Shown piece by piece: positions 51,490 through 64,000 of a stretch of DNA of 64,000 nt. The DNA is from the human T2T-CHM13v2.0 reference genome, Homo sapiens. Below the pieces are notes generated by a model. It saw only the letters and a list, made by a program, of their open reading frames with translations, searched no databases and was not told the DNA's origin. The DNA is taken from the NCBI RefSeq assembly GCF_009914755.1, contig NC_060942.1; one strand, 5' to 3'. A program made the position numbers and the translations under genes. How positions within the stretch are numbered: the stretch's first letter is position 1; every line of letters starts with the position of its first letter.

Positions 51490-52890
51490 TTCCTTAATCC
51501 ATTACATATTTGATACATTAAATGTTTTTAAGTAGTCTTCCTTCATTGTTACTCTGTCTTTGGCTTTTTTTAAATATATAGCCATAAATGAATGTAATAT
51601 ATTATAGCTAAAATAATCCAGAAACCTAGGAGACTATTTTCAAATTTCCACTGTGATGATTAATACTCGGTGCACAGCTTTGGCTATAAAGGTGCTTTTT
51701 AAATTCCTGTATTCAGAATCATTTCTTTTTCTTTTTAATTATACTTTAACTTTTAGGGTACGTGTGCACAACGTGCAGGTTTGTTACCTATGTGTACATG
51801 TGCCATGTTGGTGTGCTGCACCCATTAACTCGTCATTTAACATTAGGTATATCTCCTCATGCTATCCCTCCCTCCTCCCCTCTCCCCCCACCGCACAACA
51901 GGCCCCAGTGTGTGATGTTCCCCTTCCTGTGTCCATGAGTTCTCATTGTTCAATTCCCACCTATGAGAGAACATGTGGTGTTTGGTTTTTTGTCCTTGCA
52001 ATAGTTTGCTGAGAATGATGGTTTCCAGCTTCATCCATGTCCCTACAAAGGACATGAACTCATCATTTTAAAGACACATGAAAAAATGCTCATCATCACT
52101 GGCCATCAGCGAAATGCAAATCAAAACCACAATGAGATACCATCTCACACCAGTTAGAATGGCGATCATTAAAAAGTCAGGAAACAACAGGTGCTGGAGA
52201 GGATGTGGAGAAATAGGAAAACTTTTACACTGTTGGTGGGACTGTAAACTAGAACGATTTCTTAAATTCTGAGAAATGGCATTACTAGGTCAATAATTAG
52301 GAAGACTTTTACATTTTTAAATTTAAGATTGTTTTCCACAGTAATTCAATTTGCATTCCCATTAGTAATATATAATATTACTTGCTTAACCAAATTTGAA
52401 CAGATTTCTTAATATTACTTTAAATGTTTTTTGTTAAATTGATTTCCTTTGTTATTAATAAGTGGGTGGATTTTTAAATTTACTTTTATAATAAATGTAG
52501 TTTCTCATTTATGAATTGGCTGCCCAGGTTGTTCGATTTTTTATTAGCTTAAAGGGTCTTAGTGTTTTGGCATCAATAGGAATAGACTCTTTTTATAATA
52601 AAAGATACTATATTTGTTTCAAATAGTTTCTTCAGTTTATTGTTTATCTTTTGTTTTCAATTCTGTATTTTTGTCTTTTTGAAATAAAAATCATACACAA
52701 GTTTTAAAGGGTTATGCAGCCAAATAGTCCACTTTTTTCTATGTGTGCTTGCTGTCACTTTTAAACTAAGAAAGTCTACCATCTGGAGATCTGACAAATA
52801 CTTGATATATTATTCATTTCCTTATGATTTAGTTTTTAAACTTCTTTAATACATTAGAAATCTATTTTTTTCGGGTTTTGTGAGGTTGAG
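51490..52890 (-). mobile_element. Old L1MC/ME fragment, host of the inverted L1PA
   Basis: GAAATGGCATTACTAGGTCA, TTTGCATTCCCATTAG, TAAGAAAGTC. Confidence 0.5.
51728..52252 (-). mobile_element. L1PA3/4-like element with 5' inversion (minus 51728-52069, plus 52070-52252)
   Basis: Antisense 3' UTR joined to sense [18 protein letters not shown] segment; TSD AGAATCATTTCTT and AGAACGATTTCTT. Confidence 0.95.
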
Positions 52891-54464
52891 GGTTCTAATT
52901 TCTGGCTTGGTATTTATCAGATAAAGGATCTTAATTTATAACTCTAAATTCTTTTATCTTTTTAATCCCTAGAGTCATCACTTTCCCCATGGCTAAGTAT
53001 GAAAAGAGATAAAAGGTTAGAGATGTGAATGTGAAAGACTGATTGTTGTTTTCCTAATTAACGTGGACCGAGAGTCTGTGAGAGAGAATGACTTTCTTTG
53101 AATGTTTTCACAGTCCCCTTAATAACATGACTTTTGCTTGTTTGTATCAAATTAAGGCAGAAATGACTTAGATAGATTGGCCCAAACATACTTAAAGTAC
53201 TCATAATTAGGCAAAATAAAGGAACATAGAGACTCTCAAGTTTTGCTAGAATCTATCACCTGTGAAAGGTAAATATAAATACATGACTTTTAGATTATTA
53301 GAAAAAGTAGAAGCACACTTCTTTTTAAGAGAAACTGTATATGGAATTTTGGGAGAAAATAGACTTTATCTGGCCAAATGTGGGGCATTTGGCTGTGAGA
53401 CTGGACAGAAAGTCATCTTAACAACGGGTTTTGGCATGAATTAAGCAGAGCTGCAAAGAACAGGTTTCTGTTGCCACTCTTTGTAAGGTCCACAGGACTG
53501 CAGTTTTAGGCAAAACAATCCATCGGAACCAATGAGGGAGGACTCATGCAGAAGTTCAAGTTCAAAGAGGGGTCCCAAATGCCTTCACAGTGTATGGAGA
53601 AGATACAGAAGGCCAGGGCCTTGACCATAAACCATACTAGTCCCCCAAGCTCTTTCTCCAGTGGCTTCTGCTTGTATCTTTTGGCAGAAAAGTAAATGAG
53701 GGTTGAGAACAGAGAGGGAGATAGCAGAACTGGGAAGCCAAGACACATACAGCATTGCTAAGTAGTATAAAAGGAACAGAAAGAGGGGAAGAATGAGGCT
53801 AGGACACTTAGGGAGACTTGTTTATCATTTTAAACATGTTTTTGTTCATCTACTTGTTTTCTTGCTTATTTGCTTGTGTATTTGTTTATCTGTACCTATG
53901 TACCAAGTATTATGTTCGGAACCAAAGATAAATAAGCCTAAATATTCTGAACCTTCATCCATTCACTGAGTATTCACTGAGGTTCTACTATGGGCCATCA
54001 TCCTTTTTAAGAGTTTGAGGTACATGCAAGAACAAAACAGACATGGTCTTCTCTCTTATAGGAGCTCTACTTATCTCTCTCTGTCTTAAAATATTTAAAA
54101 CATAGAAACATAAATGAAAACATATCACATATTCCTGTATTATCTCCAGGTTTCACAAATGTTAAAATTTTCATATTTGTTTCAAGTATTATTTTTAAAA
54201 GTTAAATCTTTTATTTCATTATAGCTACAGTTAGAGCTGCTTTAACCACTCTCTAATTTCATGTTCCTTCTGCTCTTCAGGGAAGTAATTAATTGTCTTG
54301 ACATTGGCAGTCTTCCAATTTTTAAAAGTATATTACTACACACATACTTGTTCATGAAAAACTTGTAGTGCAATTTTATAATTTGAAGATTTTGAAATGA
54401 TGTTTTAGGTATGAAATGACAACTCGTTTTTTATACTTCACATCAGGATTTCAGATAATTCATA

Positions 54465-55990
54465 CACATTTATTAAATATCCTCTATGCCACAGGAAATA
54501 CTCTAAGTGCTAGAAGAAAACAGTGAAGAAAACAAACTAAAGTCTTTGCACTCATGAAGCTTATATTCTAATAGGATAATAGACAATGAACAACAAAATA
54601 TGAAATATTCGATTAAGGCTGCTGTTACAAACTGAATTTTGTACCTCCCAATATACATATGTTGAAGGTCTAACCCTCAAAGTGACAAATATTTAGAGAG
54701 AGAAACTTTAGGGAGGGAATAAGATTAAGAGAGGTCATTAGGTAGGGTTTTGATCCCACAGGACATGTGTGCTTATAAAGAGACACCACCAGATAGTTCT
54801 CTGAGATTGAGAGGCCTTGTGAGGACACAGCAAGGTGCCACTCATCTGCAAGCCAGGAAGACAGCTCTCACCAGGAATCCAATCTGCTGACACCTTGATA
54901 GGGACTTAGAACCTCCAGATGAGTGAGGATGTATATTTCTGTTGTTTAAGCCACCATCCTGTGGTGTTTTTTTATGGAAGCCAAGCTGACTAATGCAGCG
55001 GCTTTATAACTGATAAGTGCTAACAAGAAAAATTAAGAAAAGGGAGAGGAAGTAATAGGGTTCAGATCAGAAGCTGAGATGAAGCATCCAGGGAGGTATT
55101 AACCAAGAAGCTAATCTTGAGGAAAGCTCTGAAGAAAATAAAGGAGCTGGTCATTTGGCTACATGAGCAAACACAGAACTGCAAGTTCAAAGACTGAGGC
55201 AGAAGCATCCCTGGTGCATTCTAGGAAGAGGAGGAGGTCCAGATGGCTGGAGTACAGGGAAAGAGAGGAAGGGAGGGAAGAGATGGGGCCTGAGAATAAC
55301 AGAAGCCAGATCATGTAGAAACCAAGGGAGAGTAAGAAGAAGAATGATAGCATCCAACATTCATTTGAACAAATCGCTGTGAGCAGTCCTGTTGAGAAAA
55401 GACAGAAAGAACCAAGGGCAGCAGCAGGGAAACCTCTTGTAAAAACTCATTTCAGTAACAAAAGCAAAAGATAATGGTGGTTTCAATCAGACAGGTGGCA
55501 GTGGCAGTGGGGTGATGGGAAGTGATCAGGTTGGAGATCAATTTTGAAAGATCTAAGCAACTGTCAGAATCATCTTGGCAGTAAAAGAAGTGAGGAAGAC
55601 TGCATGGGGAACAGCTTTGAGCTCCCAGGAGCCAAAGTCCAAGACTTGCAGATGAGATGTTGACTAAATGGGTTGTGAGACAGAGGGGTCTGGAATTTAG
55701 GGGAAAGATCTGGGCTGGAGGTGTAACTTTAAAGTCATTAGCACCAGGTTGACATTTAGAGCCACAAAAATTGATAAGGTCACTTAAAAAGTAAATGTTG
55801 CTTGCAAAGAGAAGTCCAAAGGAAATTTTAGAGATGACCATCAACCAGCAAAGAAGACTGAGAGATTGGCCAGAAATTTAGGAGGAGAACCAGGTGTCAT
55901 AGCTGGATGTTAAATGAAGAAAAAAGTTTCAAAGGGAAGTCATCAGATGCATCAAATTTATCAATGTTGATGCATGTAGATCAAGGCCAT
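54465..55990 (-). mobile_element. L2 element split by MLT1A
   Basis: TAAGTGCTAG, CTCATGAAGCTTATATTCTA, GCCAGATCATGTAG, GATCTGGGCTGGAG, AGCAAAGAAGACTGAGA. Confidence 0.82.
54623..54997 (+). mobile_element. MLT1A solo LTR with 5-bp TSD GCTGC/GCGGC
   Basis: GTGAGGACACAGCAAG, CTGCAAGCCAGGAAG, TTTCTGTTGTTTAAGCCAC. Confidence 0.9.
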
Positions 55991-55994
55991 TTAT

Positions 55995-57780
55995 TTATTT
56001 TCCATATATTCTATCATATGAACATAGCCATTTTTATTTATATACTCCTATAATAATACATACTTTGGTTATTTATGATGTTTCACTTTTATCCGTCATG
56101 TAGCAATGATTATCTGTGTTCATGAATGACAGATGCTTTAGGGTATAAGTAGATGAAAAAATGTTGAGTTGTGGAATATACATCCTCAACTTTTCTAGCT
56201 GTTGCTAAATAGCTTTTCAAAGGGATTGTGCCAATGTATACAGCTACCAGTAGTGTTTGAGAGCTCACATTCTCTCTCATGCTTGTTGTTCTCAATTTAT
56301 TTTTGACAGATGAATGTGAATTTTTAAAACACTTTTAAACATTTTTAACAGCTTTACTGAGGTATGATTGATATGAAAAGAACTGTCCATATGTAAAGTG
56401 TACAATTTGATGAGTTTGGACATATGCAAACACTCATGATACTGTCACCACAATCAAGGTAATAAACATATCCATAGGTTTCCCTGTGTTCCTTTATTTT
56501 TGATTTTTGTTTTTAATTTTTCTTTTTGTGGTAAGAACACTTGAAATCCATCCTTAACACATTTTGAAGTACAATAAGTAGTATTGTTGGTGATAGGCAC
56601 AACATTGTACAGTAGCTCTCTGGAATCTATTCATCTTGCATATTTGACACTTTATACACATTAAGCAATTCCCTATTTTCCTCCCCACTCAGCAGGTGGT
56701 AACCACTACTGCATTCTCTGTGTCTTTAAGTTTGAGTACTTTAGACACTTCATATTAGTGGAATTGTGCAGTATTTGTCTTTCTGTGTCTTTCTGTGACT
56801 GACTTATTTCATTCAGTGTAATGTCTGCCAGGCCCATCCATGTTGTCACAAACTGCCTTCATAGCAAAGGAATTAATCAACAGAATAAAAAGCAACATAT
56901 GAAAAGGGCGAAAATATTTACAAACCATATACTGCTAAGGAGTTATATTTCCAAAATATATGACATTTAAACAACTCAATAGCTGAAAAAAACAAAACAA
57001 AACGAATAACCCAAATAAAAATGGGCCAAAGAACTTGAACAGACATTTCTTTAAAGAAGACATATAAATGGTCAACAGATATATTTTTTTAAATGTTAAG
57101 CACTACTAATTACAAGGAAAATGCAAATCAAAACTACAATGAGATATCACTTCACATCCGTTAGGATTGTTACTATGTAAAAGAAAAACAAGCATTGACA
57201 AAGATGCGAAACAAATTGAAATCTTGTACACCGTTGGTGGGAATGTAAAATGGTGTGGCAACTATGGATAACAGTTTGGAGATTTCTCAAAAAATTAAAA
57301 TAGAAATATCATATGACCCCGCAATCCCACTTCTGGTTATATATGCAAAATAACTGAAGTCAGTATGTATGAGAGATATCTGTACTCCCATGCTCATTGA
57401 AGCATTATTCACAATTACCAAGATATGAAAACAACTCAAGTGTCCATAGACTAATGACTAAAGACAATGTGATATGTATATATACACAGTAAAATATTAT
57501 TCACCCTTAAAAAGAAGGTAACATATTGTTTTAATTGGCATTTTCCTGAGAGTCCTAATGAAATTATTCCCATATAAAATGCTTATTCATAACCTTGGCC
57601 CATTTTTCAACTGGGTTGTTTACCATTCTTATTAATTTGCCAAAGTTTCTTATGTATGCTGGATACTAACTCTTCACTGGTTAAATGTATTGCAAATGAT
57701 CGTTTCTTTCAGTATATGGCTTATATTTTATCTTTGTTTATAGTAGTTTTAATTATACTTATTAAAAACTTTAATGTATA
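55995..57780 (-). mobile_element. Old L1ME fragment (pieces about 55995-56325 and 57520-57780), host of the inverted L1MA
   Basis: TTGTGCCAATGTATAC before the insert; TTTTAATTGGCATTT and TTGGCCCATTTTTC after it. Confidence 0.65.
56335..57518 (-). mobile_element. L1MA7-9-like element with 5' inversion (minus 56335-56852, plus 56853-57518)
   Basis: ACAGCTTTACTGAGGTATGATTGA 3' end; sense ORF2 C-terminal segment ending TTAAAAAGAAGG. Confidence 0.88.
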
Positions 57781-58281
57781 GAGCATAGTTGAGAGAAATT
57801 AGTTTTATAAGGAGAAGATGGAAGATTTGGAGATAAATTTTAAATTTGATAAGAAGTAGAGTGAGTTTTCCACTTGTTAGGCTATTATGTCAAATAATCA
57901 ATTATTCAGTGCGAATAATCAATTCATGAAAAGAGCATTCTGACCAGCTGTATTTTGACAGTAGAAGGCTAGGGGGTGAAGTTCTTTTGTGGAGAGAGGA
58001 AAAAAAAAAAAAAAACACCCAGTAACTTGAAGGAATTCTGAATAACACTGGGCATGCAGTAGAGGTGGTAGAATGTGGCTTTACAGTAGCACTTGTTTGA
58101 TTTTTCCAAGCTAGTCTTGGCATCTCAAATGAAAGCATAGAAATAGCACACAAAGATTTTCATAGCACTGAGGTTTCCTAGGAGGCTCTGAATAGCCGAG
58201 GCCCAAAAGAACAAGGAGGTTTACATGGAAGTGGAGAAGGGATCTCCTGGAAATAGCACAAACAAGTAAGGGTACTGCTGC

Positions 58282-58633
58282 CCTACCAGACTGAATCGTA
58301 TCCTCCCAAAATGCATATGTTGAAGCTCTAGCCCCCAATGTGACTTATTTGAAGATAGGGCCTAAAATGACATAATTAGTGTTAAATGAGGTCATAAGGG
58401 TACTAGGGACCTGATGTGACAGTGTTCTTAGAAGAAAAAGAAGAGACGCAAGGGAGCACTCCTCCCCTACCTCTCAGCCCTGCAACCGAAGAAGAGAGCC
58501 CTCTCCAGATACAGATCCTGCTGGCACCTTGATCCTGGAATTCCAGTCTCCAGAACTATTAGAAAATAAATTTATGTTATTTAGGCCATGCAGTCTATGG
58601 CATTTTTTAAGACAGCCTGAATGGACCAAGACA
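58282..58633 (+). mobile_element. MLT1A-like solo LTR
   Basis: CCCCCAATGTGAC, TTAAATGAGGTCATAAGGGT, CTGCTGGCACCTTGATC, AAAATAAATTT. Confidence 0.88.
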
Positions 58634-60319
58634 TGGGGTAAGGGAAAATGAGCCACCTCCATCTGAGAGGCCTCAGCAAGAATTGTATATCAAAGGAACA
58701 GTGAGGTTTCTGTAAAGGGAAAGAGAGAGGCAGTTTTCTGTAAGAAGCTGAAGATGTAGGTCAGTTTGCTTCCCAGGAAAATGAAACTGAGATAACATAG
58801 TTTACTTTACTCTACAAAATGTCTCACAATTACTGTTAATATATTTTTATTTTGGAACACCATGTTGTTAAAATATAAATCGTAATATTTATAATAGCAA
58901 TGCTAAAAAATTTTCATGTTTGGAATTTTTGTATTTCTAGTAGTTTATTTGTTTTTCCACTGGGTTTCTTAAAATGACTTTTTACATTGTATTTCTACAT
59001 GACAACATGTGAGCATTTCTGGATGTCATTTCTGCTATTTTCAAGTATGTAACATATTGTGGAAATAGATTTTTGGGGGTTCCAATAAATAGAAAGTCTA
59101 ATGCAATTAAAAATTTTACCATATTTTGTTTTCTTATCACTAATTTTTGGCAATTTATGTGTTATATAGTAATTTTAATAGAATGAATATCTCTTATAAG
59201 TCTGGTGATTATTACATCTTGAAGAAAATGTGTAGACTTACTTTAGGCACTTCTTTAACTTTTTTTTCAACATAAATATTCATTTTGCTTTTTAAACCAA
59301 TTGTGATATATGCATAAAAATAAACATACAATTAATAAAAATCTGTATAAAATTCAAAACTATCACAACTACCATATTAGCTATCAGTGTTCCTGAAAGT
59401 GTTTAACCGAGTTGTATATATGCTGCTGTGATACATGCTAGCTGCCAAGAATGCTAACTCGTTACATACTCAGTGGTTCTACAGATATGTTTAAAAGAGA
59501 AAATTATTGTGTACACTACTTTTTGTCAATATGGAAACTGAAACAGATGACATTACTATCTATGCCAAACCAATCTGAGAACAATCCTTGTACTTACAGA
59601 GGTCACAAAACAGCCTTATTCACTTATTTAAATTTTCATCAGCATTCCCATTATTTCTGACCTAGACACTTATATCTTGAGATGTTCCTAAAAGTTAGTT
59701 TTACTACGTTTTCTTTACTCTTAACAACGATACTCCTACAACGCTATTCATCTCTTCATAATAAGATAACTTCTATTATTTTTACCATAATTACAATATT
59801 GTAGTTTAGAAAGAGCAACTAGTATAAGATCTAGAAAAGAAATATGCATACAACCTCTGAGCATGTATCAGGAATATTTCACTTTGCTAGTGGTTTTAGA
59901 ATAAGAAATCTCAGTGGTACATCATCCTACAATGGCCTCTAATGAGATCCATGGCTATAAAAGTATAATAAGTTCTAATAATTTTATGTAGAGATGTTTT
60001 TCTCATTTAGGAGTTTGGTTTTTACTATCAATCACAATGTAAATACATCCTCTATGATAAATCTAGTTGCTCTTGAAGACTTTTAATATTTATCTGCCTG
60101 CCTTGTAAATACCTTATTAAAAGCAAGAGCAAAAAGATGATCTTGGAAATAAATCTATTTTAATGTGATATTTTTTCATAATATAAAAATTTGAGAACTT
60201 TAAACTCCAAATAAGTAAAGACTTAAGAAAAAGTAATTTAGAACAGAGTAAGAAAGAATAGTAAATAGGTTACACTAATCATAGAAGCAATATTAATTTT
60301 AAAAATTTGGGATGTATTT

Positions 60320-60645
60320 ACTTATTCATTTATTTTTATTTATTGATTGATTTCTTCTGAGACAGGTTCTCCTCTGTCTCTCAGGCTGGAGTACAGTGGT
60401 GTGATCACGGCTCACTGTAGCCTTGTCCTCAACCTCCGGGGTTCAAGTGATTCTCCCACCTCAGCCCTCCTGAGTAACTGGGACCAGAAGTGAAAGCCAC
60501 TACGCTCAGCTAACTTTTTGTATTTTTTGTACAGATAGGGTTTTGCCGTTGCCCAAACTGGTCTGGAACTCCAGGGTTCAACGGATCCTCCCACCTTGCC
60601 CTCCCAAAGTGTTAGTATTATGGGAGTGAGCCACTATGCCTGGCC
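60320..60645 (-). mobile_element. AluJ SINE, TSD GGATGTATTT/GGATTTATTT
   Basis: Diverged dimer with AluJ diagnostics (GATCACGGCTCACTGTAGCC, GATCCTCCCACC). Confidence 0.93.
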
Positions 60646-61548
60646 AGGATTTATTTTTATAAAAAAATAAAAGAGTAAAGAACCACAGATAAAACATTAA
60701 TTGAATTGTGTATCCACAAGCATCCCAAACAGAAAACAATTCAAAGTTTTCACTATTCGTGTTTTTTGTTTTTGTTTTCCTCATATCTTCATTTCAGGCT
60801 TTTTTTCTTGTTCTCTTTCAATGGACTAGTAGTGATGTAATTAGCGCTCATGGCTTTTTATCAGCAACAGGAATTCCTTTTCACTCCTTTTTGTTTATGT
60901 TTCATTTTGCAGGTTGCAGCAAGGTTTTTTGGCTCTTTACAAAGGGCCTGTCAAAAGCCAAGAGAGCAAAAGACAATGTGGAGATTACAGGCAGGAGACA
61001 AGGGCCAAATTTGTTAATAGAACATTTGTGTCTTGCTGAGCTGGCTGCCCTTGGGGTGGATGTAGCTAGTGAACCTTGGGTCTACAAAGCAGATGTTCCC
61101 TTTCCAGAGAGACAAGACCACATACTTCCTACTGTTCTGAAAATGAAGATGGGGGATGTCAGAAGACAAGCCCAACAAGCTTTCATATGTTTCTCATTGC
61201 CTTTGCCCACATCTTAAATATGCTAGAGGGCCCAATGGACATGCCCTTTTATTTCACCACCCCCTACAGAACTGAGGTAAATATGGCTACATGAAACTAA
61301 CTTTAGTGTTAGAGTTCATTTTCTCACATCACTCAGTAATTATAACCTCGAGGGCAGTCCTTCAAGTTAAGAAAGAGCAAACGCTAATCTCAATTTTAAA
61401 ATTGACAATGATCTTCCAGTTAATATTATTATCACTTCTAAAAAGCATGAGGCTATATCTTTGCAGTACCCAACTAGATGTAAGGTGCTTAAGTAATGAG
61501 GATGCTGAAATGATTAGTTTTTTGGTACATATCAAAAGCAGTGTTCTC

Positions 61549-61892
<344 letters not shown>

Positions 61893-63479
61893 CTACCAGT
61901 GGGATATTTTCAGAACTTTCCAGCCCAAGCTAAATAACCTGTCATTTTTATGCAATTGAGGAGAATTTTACTCTATGTTTTCCATAAATATTTTCCTGAA
62001 TTTTCTTATTCTACAGTGAAAGTCCAATATTTTTAATGATTCCAAATGTAATTTTTAAAAATATATTTAAAGCACAGTGTTTAACTCAAATTTGTAGTTG
62101 TCTTACTTTCACTGAGAAGCAACATTTTATTATCCTAAGAAAAGAAATTGTAGGCATTTACTTTGATACAGTTCAAGGCCAGAAAAGAAAGGAGAGTGAT
62201 CTGACTTTCCACACTGTAGGACGTAGGCCAATAGAGCTACCCACAACCATATATCCCAATATATTAGTCAACTCATAAAAATTATTCAACTCATCAACAA
62301 AAGTGCTCACCAACGCCAACTGATAAATTTGTCATGTGAGAAAAATCACTGGGATCATCTTTCCTCCTGGTGCATTGTGAATTTTTCCCTAGGATTTTAG
62401 AAAGTACCCTCTTCAAGTACTGATAGAATTATCATATAGCGAAAGTAGACATTAATTGAAATCTCATAAATATATTCCATTTTTGGCATGACATTTTTTA
62501 ATAAAAGATTAATAAAGCTACCCATAAGTATCCAGAAAAACTAGCTCTGTATGTTTTCCAAACCTAGCTTATTTTGTTTCTTTTTAATTATATTTTTAAA
62601 TATGTCACTTACTGACAGTATTCAAGAAAAAGTAGCGACCAGTATGAAAAAACTTTTACCTGGATCACCATAGCATTTTGTGTATTTTATACTAAATACA
62701 AGTATCATCTTTAAAATATGTTATTTGGTAGTCATTTGGTAGCTACAGGGTAAAATTAAGTGTAATTTTCCCAGCTCAGCTTTTCACAACTTGCTACTAA
62801 GATAAGAGAACTGGCAAAGCATGGAAAGTGATTACCAACATTTCCATGATTGGCAGGATGTTACAGCTCTGTTCAGTGTTCCTCGGGTGGCTGGCTTTTG
62901 GTTTAACCCAGCTGATGGAGTGCTCATGCTCTATTTCCCCACAGTTGCCACCAGGCTTACTCTTCTTTAGGAAGTCAAGTTCACTGCCAAGCAGAAAATG
63001 AGGAATCCATCTTGCTCTATGTGGGTACAGCTACTTCTCCATACCCATCAGCAATTTTCCTTTACTCTCAGTTGAAGAGTAAAACTTCCAGAGAGTAAAT
63101 TTTTTATGAAATAAGCATAGGAAGTAATATTGACATATTGCATTACAATAGTAGTCCTCATAAGTAATGAGCTTTTGGTGGTGACAAGAATAAGAGAAGC
63201 TCTGAGAAGAGTGCCCGTTTTTTCTTTTTTTTTTTTAATTCCCTTGTTCAGAATAAAAAAAAGATTTAGAAACTGGGAACTGACAATCTTATCATAGTCC
63301 AGTAGAGCTTACACTTGATAAAATCCTAATAATAGACATTAAAATTATGCTAATAGCTGTGCATATTAACTGGATGTCTGGCCAAACCTCTGCAAGGGGA
63401 TTTTCATTCAGCAATGAAATGTCGAGAAAAAGAGATGAAAGCCAAAATAAATAGTTTGTCCATTGGCATGTGGTGAGTC

Positions 63480-64000
63480 TCGACAAAAGCACCTATCTGA
63501 AGATGAGAAAACAAAACAACAATAACCACAAAATAAACAACAAAGGAACCTGTGTAAGGACACAGGAGAAAAGAAGTGGCAATCATCATCCTAAAAGTAG
63601 AGAAGATAATACCAAGAACAAGAAATAATAATATTAAAACGAAATTACAATCGCTTTTGTAGACACATAGGGTACAAAAAATGCATGAATTCTATGATGC
63701 ACATGTGAAAGGAGCATGACAACAGGCTGGTGTGGATATAAAACAGGATGAATTGAAATGGGCAACTGCTGAGAAAAGTAGGATTAGCAGAAAACTCAAA
63801 TGCAATGAAAGTGTAAATGCATATTAAGAGCAGCAGACAGTAAAATTGATTAAAAAATCAAATCAGTGATGAAACGAAAACTTCAATTATTTTTCCAGAA
63901 TGCAACAAAAATGACCAAGAGATTTAAAGAAGGGGACACAAGGAAAAAATAAGGTAATAAATGTGGAAGACAAAGTATAGAAGAATAACTTAGGTGTCTT
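63480..64000 (+). mobile_element. HAL1 or old L1 ORF1-like fragment
   Basis: A-rich degenerate sequence with AAATCAGTGATG, TTCCAGAATGCA and TGGAAGACAAAG...AGAAG. Confidence 0.4.

Noticed and set aside
60708-61217. Longest ORF (169 aa) as a protein-coding gene
   Set aside because: GTG start, F-rich low-complexity N-terminus from T-tracts, no recognisable domain
62820-62849. Inverted repeat CATGGAAA...TTTCCATG as an RNA hairpin
   Set aside because: An 8-bp stem is expected by chance in 64 kb and is too short for a pre-miRNA

Overview
AT-rich, CpG-poor primate genomic DNA, intergenic or deep intronic. Alu, THE1, MER41 and L1PA elements place it in the simians, and an L1PA2-like 3' end suggests a great ape. 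I found no credible protein-coding gene, RNA gene or CpG island. The supplied ORFs are decayed L1 ORF2 pieces, Alu/LTR read-throughs, simple repeats or chance ORFs. Roughly half the window is nested interspersed repeats (L1, L2, MIR, Alu, MaLR/ERV LTRs, hAT). Subfamily names come from recalled consensus features, not a RepeatMasker run, and boundaries of old elements are approximate. I see no new biological system here. The notable signals are structural: fold-back/templated micro-insertions, two 5'-inverted L1s, an L1PB-like element apparently split across about 7 kb, L1 insertions lacking TSDs, two Alus at one target site, a MER41 LTR retaining one GAS motif, and a candidate exon bracketed by inverted Alus.
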